Part shown: piece by piece, positions 36,363 to 46,325 of the stretch
How the letters are laid out: the number at the start of each line of letters is the position of its first letter
How positions within the stretch are numbered: the first letter of the stretch is position 1
NCBI GenBank assembly: GCA_964517325.1
Contig: CAZFBV010000001.1
Span: 39,310 to 103,309 of the forward strand
Source: an uncultured Gammaproteobacteria bacterium
Lineage (GTDB): Bacteria; Patescibacteriota; Patescibacteriia; Patescibacteriales; UBA12465
Direction of reading: 5' to 3'
DNA length: 64,000 bases
Notes under the pieces: model-generated
What the model was told of the DNA's origin: nothing
Seen by the model: only the letters and a program-made list of their open reading frames with translations
Database searches by the model: none
Made by a program: the position numbers and the translations under genes

Positions 36363-37553
36363 ATGGCAACAGAAAAATTTGAACGCACCAAGCCCCATGT
36401 TAACGTCGGTACTATCGGCCACGTTGACCATGGGAAGACTACCTTAACCGCCGCGATGTTAGCCGTTTTCAATGCCAAAGGCATGAAAGCTTCTCACAAA
36501 GGCGTCGGTGAAATCGATGCCGCTCCTGAAGAAAAAGAGAGAGGTATCACTATCGCCACCGCTCACGTCGAGTATGAGTCTGAAAAGAGACATTATGCTC
36601 ACGTCGATTGTCCGGGCCACGCCGATTATGTCAAGAACATGATTACCGGTGCCGCTCAAATGGATGGCGCTATCTTGGTGGTCGCTGCGACTGATGGCCC
36701 TATGCCTCAGACCAGAGAACACATCTTATTGGCTCGCCAGGTCGGCGTCCCTTATATCATTGTCTTCTTGAATAAGTGCGATATGGTTGAAGATAAGGAA
36801 TTGATCGACCTCGTCGAAGAAGAAATCCGTGATTTATTGAAGAAATACGAATTCCCAGGCGATACCACCCCGATTATCAGAGGTTCTGCCTTGAAGGCTT
36901 TAGAGAACCCGACCGGCGCTGATGCCGAGCCGATCATGAAGCTGATGGAGACCTTGGATTCTTATATCCCTGAGCCTACCCGCGATGTCAATCTTCCTTA
37001 CTTGATGCCTATCGAGGATATCTTCTCAATCGAAGGCCGCGGTACCGTTGTTACCGGCCGTATCGAAAGAGGCGCCGTCAAAGTCGGCGATGAAGTTGAA
37101 ATCGTCGGTTTGATGGATACTAAAAAGACTACCGTTACCGGCATTGAAATGTTCAATAAGTCTTTGGATCAAGGTATGGCTGGCGATAACGCCGGTATCT
37201 TGCTTCGCGGTACTAAGAAGAATGAAGTTGAGCGCGGCCAGGTTTTATGCAAACCGGGATCTATCACTCCTCACACTGAATTCACTGCTGAAGTCTATGT
37301 CCTGTCTAAGGATGAAGGCGGACGCCATAAGCCGTTCTTCAACGGCTATAAGCCGCAATTCTACTTCAAGACTACTGATGTTACCGGCGATATTACTTTA
37401 GCCGCCGGCACTGAAATGGTTATGCCTGGAGATACTACTAACTTAACTATTAAGTTAATTGCTCCGATCGCTCTTGAAGACAAACAGAAATTTACCATTC
37501 GCGAAGGCGGTCGTACCGTTGGCGCGGGTGTCGTTACTAAGATTTTAAAGTAA
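36363..37553 (+). CDS. tuf: elongation factor Tu
   Basis: [12 protein letters not shown] start (track GTG 36333 extends into the leader). [17 protein letters not shown] and NKCD motifs. Confidence 0.95.
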   Translation: MATEKFERTKPHVNVGTIGHVDHGKTTLTAAMLAVFNAKGMKASHKGVGEIDAAPEEKERGITIATAHVEYESEKRHYAHVDCPGHADYVKNMITGAAQMDGAILVVAATDGPMPQTREHILLARQVGVPYIIVFLNKCDMVEDKELIDLVEEEIRDLLKKYEFPGDTTPIIRGSALKALENPTGADAEPIMKLMETLDSYIPEPTRDVNLPYLMPIEDIFSIEGRGTVVTGRIERGAVKVGDEVEIVGLMDTKKTTVTGIEMFNKSLDQGMAGDNAGILLRGTKKNEVERGQVLCKPGSITPHTEFTAEVYVLSKDEGGRHKPFFNGYKPQFYFKTTDVTGDITLAAGTEMVMPGDTTNLTIKLIAPIALEDKQKFTIREGGRTVGAGVVTKILK

Positions 37554-37560
37554 CCACTTT

Positions 37561-37587
37561 AGCCTGCTCTTGATGAAAGGGCAGGCT
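37561..37587 (+). terminator. hairpin after tuf (weak terminator or processing/stability element)
   Basis: agcctgc ... gcaggct 7-bp GC-rich stem with a 13-nt loop; no clear U-tract. Confidence 0.35.
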
Positions 37588-37613
37588 TGTAGTGTATATT
37601 TTAAATAATAATT

Positions 37614-37949
37614 ATGTCCGAAAACAAAAAAGAAGAAAAAGAATTCAAGCAGAGAATCAGGATCAAGATCAAAGCGTTTGATCATAAGATCATTGATCAA
37701 TCCACCAAGACCATCGTGGAAACCATTGGACGCAGCGACGCTCAGTTTTTTGGGCCGATTCCGCTTCCGACCGAGATTCGCAAATACACAGTCAACCGTT
37801 CGACTTTCGTTCACAAGGATGCTCGCGACCAATATGAAATGCGCATTCATAAGCGCATGATTGATATTATTGATCCGACTGCTAAAACCATTGAAGATTT
37901 AACTAATCTTAGCTTACCGGCCGGGGTTGACGTAGAAATAAAAATGTAG
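37614..37949 (+). CDS. rpsJ: ribosomal protein uS10
   Basis: 111 aa. [17 protein letters not shown] typical uS10 core. Confidence 0.92.
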   Translation: MSENKKEEKEFKQRIRIKIKAFDHKIIDQSTKTIVETIGRSDAQFFGPIPLPTEIRKYTVNRSTFVHKDARDQYEMRIHKRMIDIIDPTAKTIEDLTNLSLPAGVDVEIKM

Positions 37950-38110
37950 TAGAATTTAAAAGTAATATTTAATTAGTTAAGAGGCGCTTGAATAACTCTG
38001 CCTTAATAGAAAGTGTTTAAGCGAAAATTAGCTAAATTTGGAGGAAAATCAGCTGGGAAAACACAATTATAAAAAATAGGGGGAATAATCATTTTTTATT
38101 ATTTGGTTTT

Positions 38111-38135
38111 AAAGCTGGTTTCTAAACCAGTTTTT
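38111..38135 (+). promoter_or_regulatory. terminator/attenuator-like hairpin 25 nt upstream of rplC
   Basis: aaagctggtt-tcta-aaccagtttt (10 bp including one G.U) followed by a T-run, inside a 211-nt rpsJ-rplC spacer. Confidence 0.5.
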
Positions 38136-38160
38136 GTTTATTTAAGGTCCAGAAAATTAT

Positions 38161-38889
38161 ATGAAATTTATCAGCGGAAAAAAATTAAGCATGACTCAGA
38201 TCTGGTCCGGCGATGCGGTTATGGCCGTCACTCCGGTGTTAGCTGGTCCGTGCACTATTACTCAGGTCAAGTCTAAAGCGAAAGACGGATATGAGGCTTT
38301 GCAGTTAGCTTTCGGCGAACGTAAAGAGAAGAATATCAATAAGCCGCAGTTAGGCCATTTCAAGAAGGCGGGCGTTAAACCGGCTCATGTTCGTGAATTC
38401 AGATTGGATAATGCCGCTGATTTTAAGATTGGCGATGTTGTCAGCGCTGACGCTTTTGCGGTCGGTGACAGAATCGATGTTGTCGGCACTTCTAAAGGCA
38501 AAGGTTTCCAGGGCGTCGTTAAGCGCCATCATTTCAATGGTTTCCGCAAGACTCATGGCAATAAAGATCAAGAGAGAATGGGTGGTTCTGTCGGCGCTAA
38601 GGGTCCGGCTCACGTCTTCAAGGGCACTCGCATGGGCGGCCGCATGGGCGGAGACAGAGTTACCGCCGCTAATCTTGAAGTTGCCGCTATCGACGAGGAG
38701 AAGAATATCATCTTTGTCAAAGGCGCGGTTCCGGGAGCTGTCAATGGCTTCGTAATGATCAAGGGCGAGGGCGAATTAAGGGTTAATACCAAGAAAGATG
38801 CCAGCGTCGTCCCGACTGAAGAGGTCAAGGAAGAAGCTCCGGTAGCCGAGGTTCCAGCGGAAGAAGTTAAGGCGGAAGAAGCGAAATAA
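38161..38889 (+). CDS. rplC: ribosomal protein uL3 with acidic C-terminal extension
   Basis: 242 aa. GTSKGKGFQGVVKRHHF motif. The tail reads EEVKEEAPVAEVPAEEVKAEEAK. Confidence 0.92.
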   Translation: MKFISGKKLSMTQIWSGDAVMAVTPVLAGPCTITQVKSKAKDGYEALQLAFGERKEKNINKPQLGHFKKAGVKPAHVREFRLDNAADFKIGDVVSADAFAVGDRIDVVGTSKGKGFQGVVKRHHFNGFRKTHGNKDQERMGGSVGAKGPAHVFKGTRMGGRMGGDRVTAANLEVAAIDEEKNIIFVKGAVPGAVNGFVMIKGEGELRVNTKKDASVVPTEEVKEEAPVAEVPAEEVKAEEAK

Positions 38890-38914
38890 TATTAAATAGC
38901 GAATTACGAATCGT

Positions 38915-39568
38915 ATGAAAATAAAAGTTTATAACCAATCTGCCGCGGCCGTTAAGGATTTGGAGCTATCAGCTAAGATCTTCGGCATCAAGCCTAACAA
39001 TGAATTATTGCATCAGGCTGTCATCGCTCAACAGGCTAACGCCCGTCAGGTCTTGGCGCATACCAAGGATAGAAGCGAAGTTTCCGGCGGCGGCAAGAAG
39101 CCTTGGAAACAGAAAGGTACCGGACGCGCTCGCGTCGGCTCCAGCCGCTCTCCTCTTTGGATCGGCGGCGGCGTCACTTTCGGTCCGAGAAAAGATCGCA
39201 ACTTCAAGCAGAAGATAAATCAGAAGATGAAGCAGAAGGCGATGTTCATGGCTTTATCCGACAGGGCTTTGACTGGCACTTTAGTAGTCCTTGACAGCCT
39301 TGATTTTAATGACTATAAGACCAAGAATTTCGACGCGATGCTGACCGCTATGGAAAAGAAAGTACTGGCTAATGATCGCCGCGACGTCTTGATCATCAAC
39401 GATTCTAAGAATGAAAAGACCCAGTATTCCGGCCGTAATCTGAAGGGCGTCAAGATCATTAATTTAGAAAACATCAACTTGCTGGATATTTTGAATTATA
39501 AAAATTTATTAGTAACGGAAAACGCCGTTAAGATTTTAACGGACCGTTATAGCAAGAACTTAAAGTAA
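38915..39568 (+). CDS. rplD: ribosomal protein uL4
   Basis: 217 aa. GGGKKPWKQKGTGRARVGSSRSPLW motif. Confidence 0.92.
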   Translation: MKIKVYNQSAAAVKDLELSAKIFGIKPNNELLHQAVIAQQANARQVLAHTKDRSEVSGGGKKPWKQKGTGRARVGSSRSPLWIGGGVTFGPRKDRNFKQKINQKMKQKAMFMALSDRALTGTLVVLDSLDFNDYKTKNFDAMLTAMEKKVLANDRRDVLIINDSKNEKTQYSGRNLKGVKIINLENINLLDILNYKNLLVTENAVKILTDRYSKNLK

Positions 39569-39575
39569 TAAATCT

Positions 39576-40058
39576 ATGGCTTTATTCGGAAACAAGAAAA
39601 TAGACGAAGACAAGAAAAAACCGGCTGCTAAATCCGCCGTTAAGAAACCGGCGGCCAAAGCGGTCAAGAAAGACGAAGTTAAGAAAGAAGAGGGAACTAG
39701 CATGCAGGATCTTTATAGCGGAGCCAAGACGGTCTCCGGCTCTAAGAAGGCGGCTGTCTCCGCTTCTAAAGCTAATGAATCTTATCGCGTCTTAGTGAGC
39801 CCGCTCATCACGGAGAGGGCGACTACTCTTGTCGGCGAGAACAAATATGTCTTTATCGTCGCTGCGAGCGCTAATAAGATCGAGATTGCCAAAGCGATCA
39901 AGGCGACTTATAACGTCACGCCGAAACAGGTTAATGTTATCAATGTTTCCGGAAAGAAAGTTTCTCGCGGCCGCATCAGCGGTGAGAGGAGCGATTGGCG
40001 CAAAGCGATCGTCACTTTAGCCAAGGGCGATGCGATCAAGATTTACGAAGGCGTTTAA
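39576..40058 (+). CDS. rplW: ribosomal protein uL23 with K/A-rich N-terminal extension
   Basis: 160 aa. Core VLVSPLITERAT...KYVFIVAASANKIEIAKAI, preceded by ~60 aa KKPAAK-type low complexity. Confidence 0.9.
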   Translation: MALFGNKKIDEDKKKPAAKSAVKKPAAKAVKKDEVKKEEGTSMQDLYSGAKTVSGSKKAAVSASKANESYRVLVSPLITERATTLVGENKYVFIVAASANKIEIAKAIKATYNVTPKQVNVINVSGKKVSRGRISGERSDWRKAIVTLAKGDAIKIYEGV

Positions 40059-40097
40059 TTTTCAATTTTTCAATTTTTCAATTCTTAATCTGTATAT

Positions 40098-40934
40098 ATG
40101 GGTATCAAAAAAGTAAAAGCGAATACTCCGGGAAGACGCGAAGCCACCTTCGATGATTTTAAGGATGTTACTCGGGTTGTTCCGGAAAAGAGACTGATCG
40201 TCATCAAGAAGAAGAGAGGCGGTCGCAATTCTCAGGGAAAAATCACCGTCCGTCATCATGGCGGCGGTTCTAAGCGTTATATCCGCTTAGTCGATTTCAA
40301 GCGCGATAAATTCAATGTGGAAGCGACTGTCGCTTCGATCGAATACGACCCGAACAGAGGTTCTCGCCTCGCCCTGCTTAATTATGCTGATGGCGCTAAG
40401 AGATATATCGTCGCTCCGGCTGACCTGAATGTCGGCGATAAGATCATGAGTTCCAAGGAACTTATCGAGATCAAGACCGGCAATGCTTTGCCTTTGCAGT
40501 TTATTCCGGCCGGTATGCCTGTCTGCTGCGTCGAATTAGAACCGGGTCAGGGAGCGAAAATTGCTCGCGGCGCCGGCAACATCGTCTATGTCATGGGTAT
40601 TGAAGGAAAATATGCGCAATTGAAAATGCCGTCCGGAGAAATCCGCCAGGTTAAGAAAGAGTGCTTATGCACTGTCGGCCGTGCCAGCAATCCTGATCAT
40701 CGTCATGTTTCTTTGGGTAAGGCCGGACGCAGCCGCCACTTAGGCATCCGCCCGACTGTCCGCGGTACCGCTATGAATCCGGTCGACCACCCACACGGCG
40801 GCGGTGAAGGCAACCAGTCTATCGGTTTGCGTCATCCTAAGACTCTATGGGGCAAGCCAGCTTTGGGCGTTAAGACCAGACGCAAGCGCCATAGTGACCG
40901 CTTAATAATTAAGAGAAGAGCTAAACGCAAATAA
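40098..40934 (+). CDS. rplB: ribosomal protein uL2
   Basis: 278 aa. [17 protein letters not shown] motif. Confidence 0.95.
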   Translation: MGIKKVKANTPGRREATFDDFKDVTRVVPEKRLIVIKKKRGGRNSQGKITVRHHGGGSKRYIRLVDFKRDKFNVEATVASIEYDPNRGSRLALLNYADGAKRYIVAPADLNVGDKIMSSKELIEIKTGNALPLQFIPAGMPVCCVELEPGQGAKIARGAGNIVYVMGIEGKYAQLKMPSGEIRQVKKECLCTVGRASNPDHRHVSLGKAGRSRHLGIRPTVRGTAMNPVDHPHGGGEGNQSIGLRHPKTLWGKPALGVKTRRKRHSDRLIIKRRAKRK

Positions 40935-40938
40935 ATAT

Positions 40939-41226
40939 ATGTCCAGAAGCTTAAAAAAGGGTCCATACGTTAACCCGCGCTTACTAAACAAAATCAAGAA
41001 TTTGAAACCGGGCGACAAGACTGTTCTTAAGGTTTGGGATCGCGCCTGCACGATCACTCCGGAAATGGTTGGGTTCACTATTGGCGTTCATAATGGCAAG
41101 ACTCATTTGCCGGTTTATGTCGTTGAGAATATGGTCGGCCATCGTTTGGGCGAATTCGCTCCGACGAAGAAATTCTTAGGCCATGGCGGTAAGATGGCAA
41201 AAACTCAGGCCGCTGAGAAGAAGTAA
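40939..41226 (+). CDS. rpsS: ribosomal protein uS19
   Basis: 95 aa. [11 protein letters not shown] start and [10 protein letters not shown]. Confidence 0.93.
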   Translation: MSRSLKKGPYVNPRLLNKIKNLKPGDKTVLKVWDRACTITPEMVGFTIGVHNGKTHLPVYVVENMVGHRLGEFAPTKKFLGHGGKMAKTQAAEKK

Positions 41227-41260
41227 CCCTAGTTAAAAGAAATAATTAATATTGACTAAT

Positions 41261-41767
41261 ATGGAAGTAAAAGCCAGTTTAAACCATTTGAGAATGTCGC
41301 CGCGGAAGATCCGCTTGGCTATTGATGTTATCCGCAAGATGCCGGTCGAGGCCGCCTTGGATCAATTAAGATTCATGAATAAGCTAGCCGCCGAACCGGT
41401 CGCGAAGCTGATCAAATCCGCTATCGCTAACGGCGAGAATACCTATAGCCTGGAGCGCAATAATCTTTATATCAAGGAGATCCGTTCCGATGAAGGCGTC
41501 ATGCTGAAGCGTTGGATGCCTCGCGCCCATGGTCGCGCTTGTTCTATTCGGAAGCGCGGTTGTCATCTGTCTCTTGTCTTGGCTGAAATAAAAGAAAGCG
41601 GCAAGAAAGAGAAGAAGGTCGTGAAGACTGCCGATCCGGTTAAGTTGGAAAAATTGGCGAAGGAAGGCGAAGCTGCCGCTCAGAAAGCCGGAATCAAAGC
41701 GGATAGAGAACAGGGCAAGAAGGCTGCCGGCGAGAAGACCAAGATGTTCAGAAGAAAGGCAGGCTAG
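41261..41767 (+). CDS. rplV: ribosomal protein uL22 with K/E-rich C-terminal extension
   Basis: MEVKASLNHLRMSPRKIR start at ATG 41261 (track TTG 41252). About 55 aa of charged tail. Confidence 0.9.
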   Translation: MEVKASLNHLRMSPRKIRLAIDVIRKMPVEAALDQLRFMNKLAAEPVAKLIKSAIANGENTYSLERNNLYIKEIRSDEGVMLKRWMPRAHGRACSIRKRGCHLSLVLAEIKESGKKEKKVVKTADPVKLEKLAKEGEAAAQKAGIKADREQGKKAAGEKTKMFRRKAG

Positions 41768-41806
41768 TGAAATTAAAATAAATTCTTAATTCGTAATTGA
41801 ATTCAT

Positions 41807-42487
41807 ATGGGTAAAAAAGTTAATCCGAAAATACTTCGCATGGGCATCACCAAGACTTGGGCGTCTTTATGGTTTGAATCCGGCGATAAGTATGTGAAGA
41901 ATATCAAGCAGGACATCTATATCCGCAAATACATGATCAGAGAGTTCAAGGAAGCCGGCATAGATAAGGTTGAGATCATCCGTTCTATCAATAAGATCGA
42001 GATCAACGTTACGACTGCCAAGCCGGGACTCATCATCGGCCGCGGCGGCAATGGCGCCGAGGAATTGAAGAAGAAGCTGCATGATAAATTCTTAAAGGAT
42101 TTCCGCATGGGTGAAATCAGCTTGAATATCAAAGAATATAGCCGCCCGAATCTGAGCGCTCAGATAATCGTCCAAAGCATGATCATGGATATCGAAAAAA
42201 GAATGCCTTTCAGAAAAGTGATGAAACAGAATCTGGGCAAGATCGAGAGAGCCGGCGCTTTAGGTGCCAAGATCGTCGTTTCCGGTCGCTTGAACGGAGC
42301 GGAAATCGCCCGCCGAGAGAAATTAGTCTGGGGCAAAGTGCCGTTGCAGACCCTGCGCGCCGATATCGACTATGCTCGCGGCGCCGCTCATACCACTTAT
42401 GGGGCTATCGGCATCAAAGTCTGGGTCTATAAGGGAGAGGTTTTTGAAAAAGACGGCAATGCTAAGGGTGAAGTGATCGCCGAATAA
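41807..42487 (+). CDS. rpsC: ribosomal protein uS3
   Basis: 226 aa. MGKKVNPKILRMGITKTW start; KH domain. Confidence 0.93.
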   Translation: MGKKVNPKILRMGITKTWASLWFESGDKYVKNIKQDIYIRKYMIREFKEAGIDKVEIIRSINKIEINVTTAKPGLIIGRGGNGAEELKKKLHDKFLKDFRMGEISLNIKEYSRPNLSAQIIVQSMIMDIEKRMPFRKVMKQNLGKIERAGALGAKIVVSGRLNGAEIARREKLVWGKVPLQTLRADIDYARGAAHTTYGAIGIKVWVYKGEVFEKDGNAKGEVIAE

Positions 42488-42510
42488 AATTAAACAAATC
42501 TGCAAAACAT

Positions 42511-42918
42511 ATGTTAATGCCAAAGAAAACTAAATGGAGAAAAGACCAGAAGCGCCGCCGCGGCGGAAAAGCTAGCCGTTATCTGACTATCAGTTTCGGC
42601 AGCTATGGCTTGAAGGCTTTGACTCCTTGCTGGATAAATTCCCGCCAGATTGAAGCGGCCCGTCGCGTCATGACTAAATACGTCAAGAAGGGCGGACAGA
42701 TTTGGATCAGAATTTTCCCGGATAAGCCAGTCACCGCTCATGGCGGAGAAATTCCGATGGGTAAAGGCAAAGGCGCCGTCGATTATTATGTTGCGATCGT
42801 CAAGCCGGGCATGATTATGTTCGAAATGGAAGGCCTCGATAAGGAGACCGCTAAGAAAGCGATGGAACTCGCCGGCCATAAATTGCCGATCAAGTGCCAA
42901 TTCGTCAGTAAAGAATAA
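42511..42918 (+). CDS. rplP: ribosomal protein uL16
   Basis: 135 aa. MLMPKKTKWRKDQKRRRGG start. Confidence 0.93.
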   Translation: MLMPKKTKWRKDQKRRRGGKASRYLTISFGSYGLKALTPCWINSRQIEAARRVMTKYVKKGGQIWIRIFPDKPVTAHGGEIPMGKGKGAVDYYVAIVKPGMIMFEMEGLDKETAKKAMELAGHKLPIKCQFVSKE

Positions 42919-42944
42919 TTCGTAAGAATAATTAGGATAACTAT

Positions 42945-43130
42945 ATGGATTTCAAAGAATTACAAACTAAGAGCGAGGCTGAATTGCAGAAGATATTAGT
43001 CCAGGACCGCGAAAAATTACGTGAATTGCGTTTCAAGGATTCTAATAAGCAATTAAAGAACGTCCGGGAGATCAGGGCCGTCAAGGAACAGGTCGCTCAA
43101 GTTTTAACTATATTAAATAAGAAAAAATAA
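42945..43130 (+). CDS. rpmC: ribosomal protein uL29
   Basis: 61 aa. LREL-RFKDSNKQLKN pattern; operon position. Confidence 0.88.
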   Translation: MDFKELQTKSEAELQKILVQDREKLRELRFKDSNKQLKNVREIRAVKEQVAQVLTILNKKK

Positions 43131-43131
43131 T

Positions 43132-43410
43132 ATGAGCGCAGCTAAGACTAAAAAAGAAGAGATCAAGAAGCCGGAAATCATCAGCCGCACTTTTAACGGC
43201 GTCGTCGTCAGCGATAAGAACGACAAAACCGTAGTGGTCAAGGTTGAAACCGTCAAAAAGCATCCGAAATATCAGAAGCGCTATACCGTCAGCCGCAAAT
43301 ACAAGGTTCATGACGAGAAGAATGAATTCCATGTCGGCGACAAGGTCAGCTTCGTCGAATGCCGCCCGCTCAGCCGCGATAAGAGATGGAGAGTAGTCAG
43401 TCAAGCCTAA
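43132..43410 (+). CDS. rpsQ: ribosomal protein uS17
   Basis: 92 aa. GVVVSDKNDKTVVVKVE...HPKYQKR motif. Confidence 0.9.
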   Translation: MSAAKTKKEEIKKPEIISRTFNGVVVSDKNDKTVVVKVETVKKHPKYQKRYTVSRKYKVHDEKNEFHVGDKVSFVECRPLSRDKRWRVVSQA

Positions 43411-43432
43411 TTGATAAATTTGATTTAATTAT

Positions 43433-43807
43433 ATGGTTCAAGTACAGACAAATTTAAAAGTAGCCGATAACTCCGGAGCCAAGGAAGTGATGTGTATCCG
43501 CGTTTTAGGCGGTTATAAGAGACGTTATGGCCATGTCGGCGATATCATCGTCGTCGCGGTCAAGTCGGCTGTTCCTCATGCCGCCATCAAGAAAGGCGAC
43601 GTGGCTAAGGCCGTCATCGTCCGCACTAAGAAGGAGATCCGCCGCGCGGATGGTTCTTATGTCCGTTTTGACGATAACGCTTGCGTGATCATTAATGATG
43701 CGGAAAAGAAAGAGCCGAAGGGAACCCGTATCTTCGGGCCGGTGGCTAGAGAGATCCGTCGCGCGGGTTTCGTCAAAATCGCTTCTTTAGCGCCTGAAGT
43801 TTTATAA
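43433..43807 (+). CDS. rplN: ribosomal protein uL14
   Basis: 124 aa. [27 protein letters not shown] start. Confidence 0.95.
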   Translation: MVQVQTNLKVADNSGAKEVMCIRVLGGYKRRYGHVGDIIVVAVKSAVPHAAIKKGDVAKAVIVRTKKEIRRADGSYVRFDDNACVIINDAEKKEPKGTRIFGPVAREIRRAGFVKIASLAPEVL

Positions 43808-43827
43808 AAAAATCAAGCCAGAAATAT

Positions 43828-44151
43828 ATGAATATCAAAAAGAATGACAAAGTGAAGATCTTAGCCGGCAAGGACAAGGGAAAGTCCGGCAAGGTTTTAC
43901 AAGTGATCCCGTCTGAAAATAAGGCGAGCATCGAAGGCTTGAATTTGCTGATCAAGCATATGCGTCCGAATCGGAACGGCGAGAAAGGCCAACGGATAGA
44001 ATTTCCGGCTTTTATGACAGCTGATAATCTGGCGCTTATCTGTCCGAAATGCGGCAAGGCGACTAAAGTCGGCCATAAGACCGTCAAGACCGAAGGCAAT
44101 AAATCCAAGAAGCAGCGCGTTTGTAAAAAATGTCAGGAAATAATTGACTAA
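43828..44151 (+). CDS. rplX: ribosomal protein uL24 carrying a CxxC...CxxC cluster
   Basis: 107 aa. KOW motif KKNDKVKILAGKDKGKSGKV. CPKC (44041-44052) and CKKC (44122-44133). Confidence 0.9.
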   Translation: MNIKKNDKVKILAGKDKGKSGKVLQVIPSENKASIEGLNLLIKHMRPNRNGEKGQRIEFPAFMTADNLALICPKCGKATKVGHKTVKTEGNKSKKQRVCKKCQEIID

Positions 44152-44155
44152 TATT

Positions 44156-44701
44156 ATGAGATTAAGAGAAAAATATCAAAAACAGATAGTTCCGAGCCTG
44201 AAGAAGGAATTTGGCTTTAAGAATGACATGCTCGTTCCGCGTTTGACTAAGGTAGTCCTGAACGTCGGTTTCGGCCATCATCTCAAGGAAAAAGAATTCG
44301 TCGCCGGAGTGGAAAAGGCCTTGACGAAGATCGCCGGCCAGAAGCCGGTCATGACTGCCGCCAAGAAATCAATTTCCGCTTTTAAGATCAGAGAAGGCTT
44401 GGTTATCGGCGCCAAAGTGACCCTGCGCGGCCAGCAGATGTATGATTTTGTCGATAAGCTCGTCAATATCACTTTTCCTCGCGTCCGCGACTTCCGCGGC
44501 ATCAGCGATAAAGCTATCGACCGGGAAGGCAACATGACTGTCGGTTTCAAGGATTATACCTGTTTTCCGGAAATTCACATGGAGGAAGTTGACAATATTT
44601 TCGGTCTCGAGGTCTGTTTGTCTACCAATGCCAAGAACAGAGCCGAAGGCTTAGAGCTCTTCAAGCTGCTGGGTTTCCCGTTTAAAAAAGATACCAAATA
44701 A
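44156..44701 (+). CDS. rplE: ribosomal protein uL5
   Basis: MRLREKYQKQIVPSL start at ATG 44156 (track TTG 44144 overlaps rplX). Confidence 0.92.
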   Translation: MRLREKYQKQIVPSLKKEFGFKNDMLVPRLTKVVLNVGFGHHLKEKEFVAGVEKALTKIAGQKPVMTAAKKSISAFKIREGLVIGAKVTLRGQQMYDFVDKLVNITFPRVRDFRGISDKAIDREGNMTVGFKDYTCFPEIHMEEVDNIFGLEVCLSTNAKNRAEGLELFKLLGFPFKKDTK

Positions 44702-44711
44702 TTAAATATAT

Positions 44712-44897
44712 ATGGCAAGAACTGCATTAATCGTCAAAGCAAAAAGAAAACCGAAATTCTCCACGAGAAAGATCAATCGGTGCTGGCGCTGCGGCCGTAA
44801 CCACGGCTATATGCGTGATTTTAAATTATGCCGTATCTGTTTCCGCGAATTGGCCGATAATGGCGATTTGCCTGGAATCACGAAGTCCAGTTGGTAA
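44712..44897 (+). CDS. rpsN: ribosomal protein uS14, short zinc-binding (type Z) form
   Basis: 61 aa. CWRCGR...CRICFRE CxxC-CxxC. Confidence 0.92.
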   Translation: MARTALIVKAKRKPKFSTRKINRCWRCGRNHGYMRDFKLCRICFRELADNGDLPGITKSSW

Positions 44898-44925
44898 AAA
44901 TAAGTAATTAAGTTAACCTAAAAAT

Positions 44926-45336
44926 ATGATGGATCCCATCGCAGACATGTTCACAAGAATCAGAAACGCTTCCGCTGTAAAAAAGTCGGAGATTGTTTTG
45001 CCGCTCAGCAAGCTCAAGCTCGAGATCGCCAAGATCTTGGAGACTGAGGGTTGGATCAAGAAAGCGGCCATAATTGCCGGCGGTTTGAACGGACGCCATA
45101 ATAACTTTGATCAGCTGCAAATTCAATTGAAATATCATAAGAATGGCAAGCCCCAGATCAGTTCAATCAAGCGCATCAGCCGCCCGGGTTTGAGAATTTA
45201 CGTCTCCAAGGATGAAATCCCGACGGTTTTGAATAATTTCGGCATCGCGATAATTTCCACCTCCCGCGGCTTGATGACGAATAAGCAGGCGAAGAAGAAC
45301 AATATCGGCGGCGAGGTCCTCGGAGAAATATATTAA
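44926..45336 (+). CDS. rpsH: ribosomal protein uS8
   Basis: 136 aa. DPIADMFTRIRNA motif. Confidence 0.93.
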   Translation: MMDPIADMFTRIRNASAVKKSEIVLPLSKLKLEIAKILETEGWIKKAAIIAGGLNGRHNNFDQLQIQLKYHKNGKPQISSIKRISRPGLRIYVSKDEIPTVLNNFGIAIISTSRGLMTNKQAKKNNIGGEVLGEIY

Positions 45337-45369
45337 TTTTTAATCTTTCAATATTTTAATTAATCCCAT

Positions 45370-45915
45370 ATGTCACGTTTAGGAAAACTGCCAATCAAAT
45401 TGCCGGCCGGAGTGAGTTTCACTGCTGATGCCAAGGAATATACTTTCAAAGGGCCTAAAGGCGAATTGCGCTTGGCTCTCAATAAGCTTATTACCGCTAA
45501 GGTCGAGAACAATGAAATCATCGTTGCCCCCCATGATAAGGAAGCTAAAAATGCTAGCGCCATGTGGGGTTTGATGTGGAGCCTGATCCGTAATTCTGTC
45601 GAGGGCGTTTCGACCGGTTTCGTCAAGAAATTAGAGATTAATGGCGTCGGTTATCGCGCTGCGGTTGCCGGCAGCCAATTGAATATGAGCCTCGGCTTCT
45701 CTCATCCGATCGAATTCAAGCTGCCGAAGGGTATTACCGCCTCTGTCGCCGCTAATGTCATCACTTTAGAAGGAGCTGATAAGGCTTTAATCGGAGAGAC
45801 AGCCGCTCAGATCAGAAAGATCCGTAAGCCGGAACCTTATAAAGGCAAGGGCGTCAAATATGCTGATGAAATCATCAGACGCAAAGCCGGTAAAGCGGCG
45901 GCTAAGGGCAAATAA
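45370..45915 (+). CDS. rplF: ribosomal protein uL6
   Basis: 181 aa. MSRLGKLPIKLPAGV start. Confidence 0.93.
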   Translation: MSRLGKLPIKLPAGVSFTADAKEYTFKGPKGELRLALNKLITAKVENNEIIVAPHDKEAKNASAMWGLMWSLIRNSVEGVSTGFVKKLEINGVGYRAAVAGSQLNMSLGFSHPIEFKLPKGITASVAANVITLEGADKALIGETAAQIRKIRKPEPYKGKGVKYADEIIRRKAGKAAAKGK

Positions 45916-45942
45916 TCTTAAATCGATAAGAATTTTAATCAT

Positions 45943-46296
45943 ATGGATAAAATCAAGGCCAATAAACAAAGAGCGGATAGACGTCATGGACGCGTTCGCG
46001 CTAAGATCTCCGGAACCGAGTCCCGCCCGCGTTTAAGCGTTTTCCGTTCAAATCGGGGGATGTTCTTGCAATTGATCGATGACCAGAGCGGTCAGACTCT
46101 GGCTAGCGCCGGCATGAAAGAGATCAAGGCTAAGGTCAATAAATCTGAAGCCGGCAAAGAGCTGGGCAAGATTATCGCGACCAAAGCTAAAACTAAGAAG
46201 ATCGAATCCGTGGTTTTCGACCGCGGCTCTTATAAATATCATGGCCGGGTTAAAGCGGCGGCCGAGGGAGCTCGCGAAGGCGGCTTGAAATTTTAA
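45943..46296 (+). CDS. rplR: ribosomal protein uL18
   Basis: 117 aa. RPRLSVFRSNRGMFLQLIDD motif. Confidence 0.92.
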   Translation: MDKIKANKQRADRRHGRVRAKISGTESRPRLSVFRSNRGMFLQLIDDQSGQTLASAGMKEIKAKVNKSEAGKELGKIIATKAKTKKIESVVFDRGSYKYHGRVKAAAEGAREGGLKF

Positions 46297-46325
46297 AAAA
46301 CAATTTTGCAATTAGTAATCATTAT

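Noticed and set aside
37950-38160. Small ORFs in the rpsJ-rplC spacer, such as a 29-codon minus-strand ORF MIIPPIFYNCVFPADF....
   Set aside because: It has no start context like native genes, an implausible composition and antisense orientation within an operon. The spacer is treated as non-coding.
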